From Candidatus Nanohaloarchaea archaeon (GTDB taxonomy: Archaea > Nanohalarchaeota > Nanosalinia > Nanosalinales > Nanosalinaceae), in contig JBEQAY010000012.1 of NCBI GenBank assembly GCA_041640075.1, forward strand, positions 1 to 17,290: DNA of 17,290 nt, written 5' to 3'. The position numbers and the translations under genes are program-made. The stretch's first letter is position 1. The number at the start of each line of letters is the position of its first letter. The notes under the pieces were generated by a model that was given only the letters and a program-made list of their open reading frames with translations, was not told where the DNA came from and ran no database searches. Shown here in pieces: positions 15,214 to 17,290 of the stretch.

Positions 15214-16316
15214 ATCTCTTTCTTCTCCCGCGAATCCATCATCGAAAGCAGAGGATCAAACAAAAAAACATCAAAGTCATTCAGAAATCTTCTCTTCCAC
15301 ATACCTGTAAAGTAAAGTTTCTCAGAAAACTTATCCAGAAGATTAGCTGAACGCCCCGAGAAAACAGATTCTCCCCGGATCAGAACACCTGAACCAGGAG
15401 AGGAAATAAACCTATTGCCTTCAGAAAACTCGTAATCTTCCAACAAACCTTCTCTGCGGCCGATATTTCTGGCAGCTTTCCTTCCCTGTCTGACAGCCTC
15501 TGCAGCCCTAGTACTTCCCTCTATATCCGCACTTTTGCCTACAGCATACACATCTTCAAAATCAACTGCTGAAAGACCTCTATTAACTTTTATACCCTCT
15601 TCATCCGTATCAAAGTCTTCCTGAACTATTTTACATGCTTTCAGACCTCCACACCAGACCACTACGTCGGCTTCTTTCTCAGTTCCATCTGCAAATTCCA
15701 CGCCATAGTTAGGAACTTCCGCTACTTCCTTCCCTCCCATGAAACTGACTTCACGGGAGTTCAATAAGTCAAGAACTTTCTCAGAAACGCCGTGTCCACG
15801 TTCTGAAAGCGGACGAGTTGACCTGTCAACTAGAGACGTCTTCACGCCCTCCGAGTCAAGTCTTAGCGCTGCTTCAATACCTGTGAAACCTGCACCGATT
15901 ACAAGAGCGGACTCACCGTCCTCAAGTTCTTCAAGTGCGCTTTCTGCAGATTCGATCGAGTAAAAATCCTGTGTATAATTTAAACTGAAAGAAGGTTCCC
16001 TTACCTGACCTCCCAGGGCCACGACAAGGTAATCATAACTGTAACTATCTTCCGTAGTTTCAACAGTCTTCTTACTGGTTTGAAAACCAGTGATTTCCTC
16101 TCTTTGGTACTTGATCTCTGTATTATCAAGGTGGTCGGCTAAACTGAAACTGAGATCACTCTCTGAACGCCCATTAATCATCGAAAGAATACCGGGTCGG
16201 TATACATGCTTATCACGTCTATCAATCAAAACAACATCGAAACCTTCTGCCTCAAGCTCTTCAGCAGCTGCCAAACCCGACATACCTCCACCAGCAACAA
16301 CAACTCTCTCAGCCAT
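15210..16316 (-). CDS. NAD(P)/FAD-dependent oxidoreductase (NDH-2 / SQR-like)
   Basis: GGGMSG, YDYLVVALGG, IGAGFTGIE, ADVVVWCGG; convergent 4-nt overlap with the regulator. Confidence 0.85.
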   Translation of the reverse strand: MAERVVVAGGGMSGLAAAEELEAEGFDVVLIDRRDKHVYRPGILSMINGRSESDLSFSLADHLDNTEIKYQREEITGFQTSKKTVETTEDSYSYDYLVVALGGQVREPSFSLNYTQDFYSIESAESALEELEDGESALVIGAGFTGIEAALRLDSEGVKTSLVDRSTRPLSERGHGVSEKVLDLLNSREVSFMGGKEVAEVPNYGVEFADGTEKEADVVVWCGGLKACKIVQEDFDTDEEGIKVNRGLSAVDFEDVYAVGKSADIEGSTRAAEAVRQGRKAARNIGRREGLLEDYEFSEGNRFISSPGSGVLIRGESVFSGRSANLLDKFSEKLYFTGMWKRRFLNDFDVFLFDPLLSMMDSREKKEI

Positions 16317-16479
16317 AACACAAAATTAGTGATAACTCGGTTTAAAACTCAACGCCCCAACACCTCTAATAGTTTAAAAGACTTCAACCCGACACCAAAA
16401 ATGTAAGTTAAGGAAAGTCGACTTTTCTGTCGACGACCAGTGTAACTGGTCCTTGCGCCTCAAACGAGCGTAACCGTTT

Positions 16480-16552
16480 GGCGGGATGGTGTAGTGGACT
16501 ATCATTGGCCGTTTGGGACGGCCAGACCCCGGTTCAAATCCGGGTCCTGCCA
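16480..16552 (+). tRNA. tRNA-Pro(UGG)
   Basis: Acceptor GGCGGGA/TCCTGCC with A73, anticodon arm GGCCG-TTTGGGA-CGGCC, T arm CCCGG-TTCAAAT-CCGGG; CCA not encoded. Confidence 0.93.
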
Positions 16553-16617
16553 AATCTTCAGAGAAAGATTATTTTTCACTTGGTAAATGCTAAACCATAG
16601 GTAATAGGCTAAAACCT

Positions 16618-17076
16618 TTATTTCTCATACTCAGAGTTGTAACTGATATATTCAGGATTTATTCTTTTACCAGCTTTGTAGTCTTCAATCATCCTGTATC
16701 TGTTCTGCTTCCTCAAGTTAAGCTCTTTTATTTCTCTTACTGTAAAGAATTTTACTTCTAGTATTTCTTCGTCAAAATCTAGATTTTTCTCACCTTTTCC
16801 TTTAATTTTAGATTCAGTTAGAAAGTCAATTGAAGGTTGACCTTTTCTCCTACTTTTTCCGAAGTAGATACCGATTGTTTCTTGGACATATGTTTCAAAA
16901 CCTGTTTCTTCAAGTACTTCTCTTCTTGAAGTTTCCTCAATGGTCTCATAGTCTTCTACAACTCCACCTGGAAGATCCCATTTACCTTTTACATGCTCTT
17001 TACCTTCTTTAACCATTAGAATCTTTCCTTCAGTATTTTTGACTACTGAAGCTACGGAAACCATAAAATCTGTCAT
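16618..17076 (-). CDS. Nudix hydrolase
   Basis: Canonical box GGVVEDYETIEETSRREVLEETG preceded by WDLP. Confidence 0.92.
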   Translation of the reverse strand: MTDFMVSVASVVKNTEGKILMVKEGKEHVKGKWDLPGGVVEDYETIEETSRREVLEETGFETYVQETIGIYFGKSRRKGQPSIDFLTESKIKGKGEKNLDFDEEILEVKFFTVREIKELNLRKQNRYRMIEDYKAGKRINPEYISYNSEYEK

Positions 17077-17165
17077 TCAAATCTTCCTCAAGAAACAATC
17101 ATAGATCCATTTTTTTGATTTTATTTGCAAATTTGTAAATAGTTCTGGCGGAAAGTTCTTATGTA

Positions 17166-17290
17166 GTGGTGGATGTTTTTCAGCTTGCTCTGGCGCTAGG
17201 CATCTTGGCTTTACTAGCGCATATAGTTAAGGGTTTGACTGGTTTTGGACCTGCTGTTGTTTTTGTCTCGATTGGCTCCTTGATCTATGA
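17166..17290 (+). CDS. TauE/SafE sulfite-exporter family protein, N-terminal part (runs off window)
   Basis: GTG-started frame (17166 or 17169) reading DVFQLALALGILALLAHIVKGLTGFGPAVVF; KGxxGFG is typical of this family. Confidence 0.7.
   Translation, partial: MVDVFQLALALGILALLAHIVKGLTGFGPAVVFVSIGSLIY

Noticed and set aside
16340..16396. Imperfect direct repeat GTTTAAAA...CC.ACACC
   Set aside because: Adequately explained as back-to-back TATA boxes for the divergent oxidoreductase and tRNA transcripts
482..17012. Many Ser/Phe/Leu-rich antisense and off-frame ORFs (e.g. 4044-4400, 10737-11342, 13688-14038, 14156-14542, 14808-15188)
   Set aside because: Shadow ORFs expected from Glu/Asp-rich codons on the true strand; each overlaps a better-supported gene
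1..17290. CRISPR array, IS element, integrase or provirus
   Set aside because: No regularly spaced repeats, terminal inverted repeats, or transposase/recombinase motifs seen

Overview
Gene-dense archaeal chromosomal window. The proteins are very acidic (Glu/Asp-rich but also Lys-rich), GC is moderate, and tRNA genes lack an encoded CCA. This fits an extremely halophilic DPANN archaeon, most likely Nanohaloarchaeota (inference). Recognisable content: the oapABC/arvABC small-GTPase operon, a glutaredoxin-like protein, two Nudix hydrolases, an amphi-Trp-like protein, isopentenyl phosphate kinase, a DedA/TVP38 protein, riboflavin kinase and synthase, a class-I disulfide reductase with a divergent HxlR-family regulator, an NDH-2/SQR-like flavoprotein, tRNA-Thr(UGU) with a 76-nt intron, tRNA-Pro(UGG), and a partial TauE gene. 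Most interesting observations: (1) a stand-alone class Ib (LysRS1-like) aminoacyl-tRNA synthetase catalytic domain with no anticodon-binding domain and altered substrate motifs; (2) a GHKL ATPase-HExxH metallopeptidase fusion that shares a 22-bp palindrome with another orphan gene; (3) a 33-aa CxxC microprotein, absent from the ORF track, at the head of the reductase unit; (4) two tandem disordered proteins with related C-terminal coiled-coil motifs beside arvABC; (5) an off-register BHB motif in the tRNA-Thr intron and a three-hairpin leader before tRNA-Pro. All calls come from reading motifs by eye; no searches were run.
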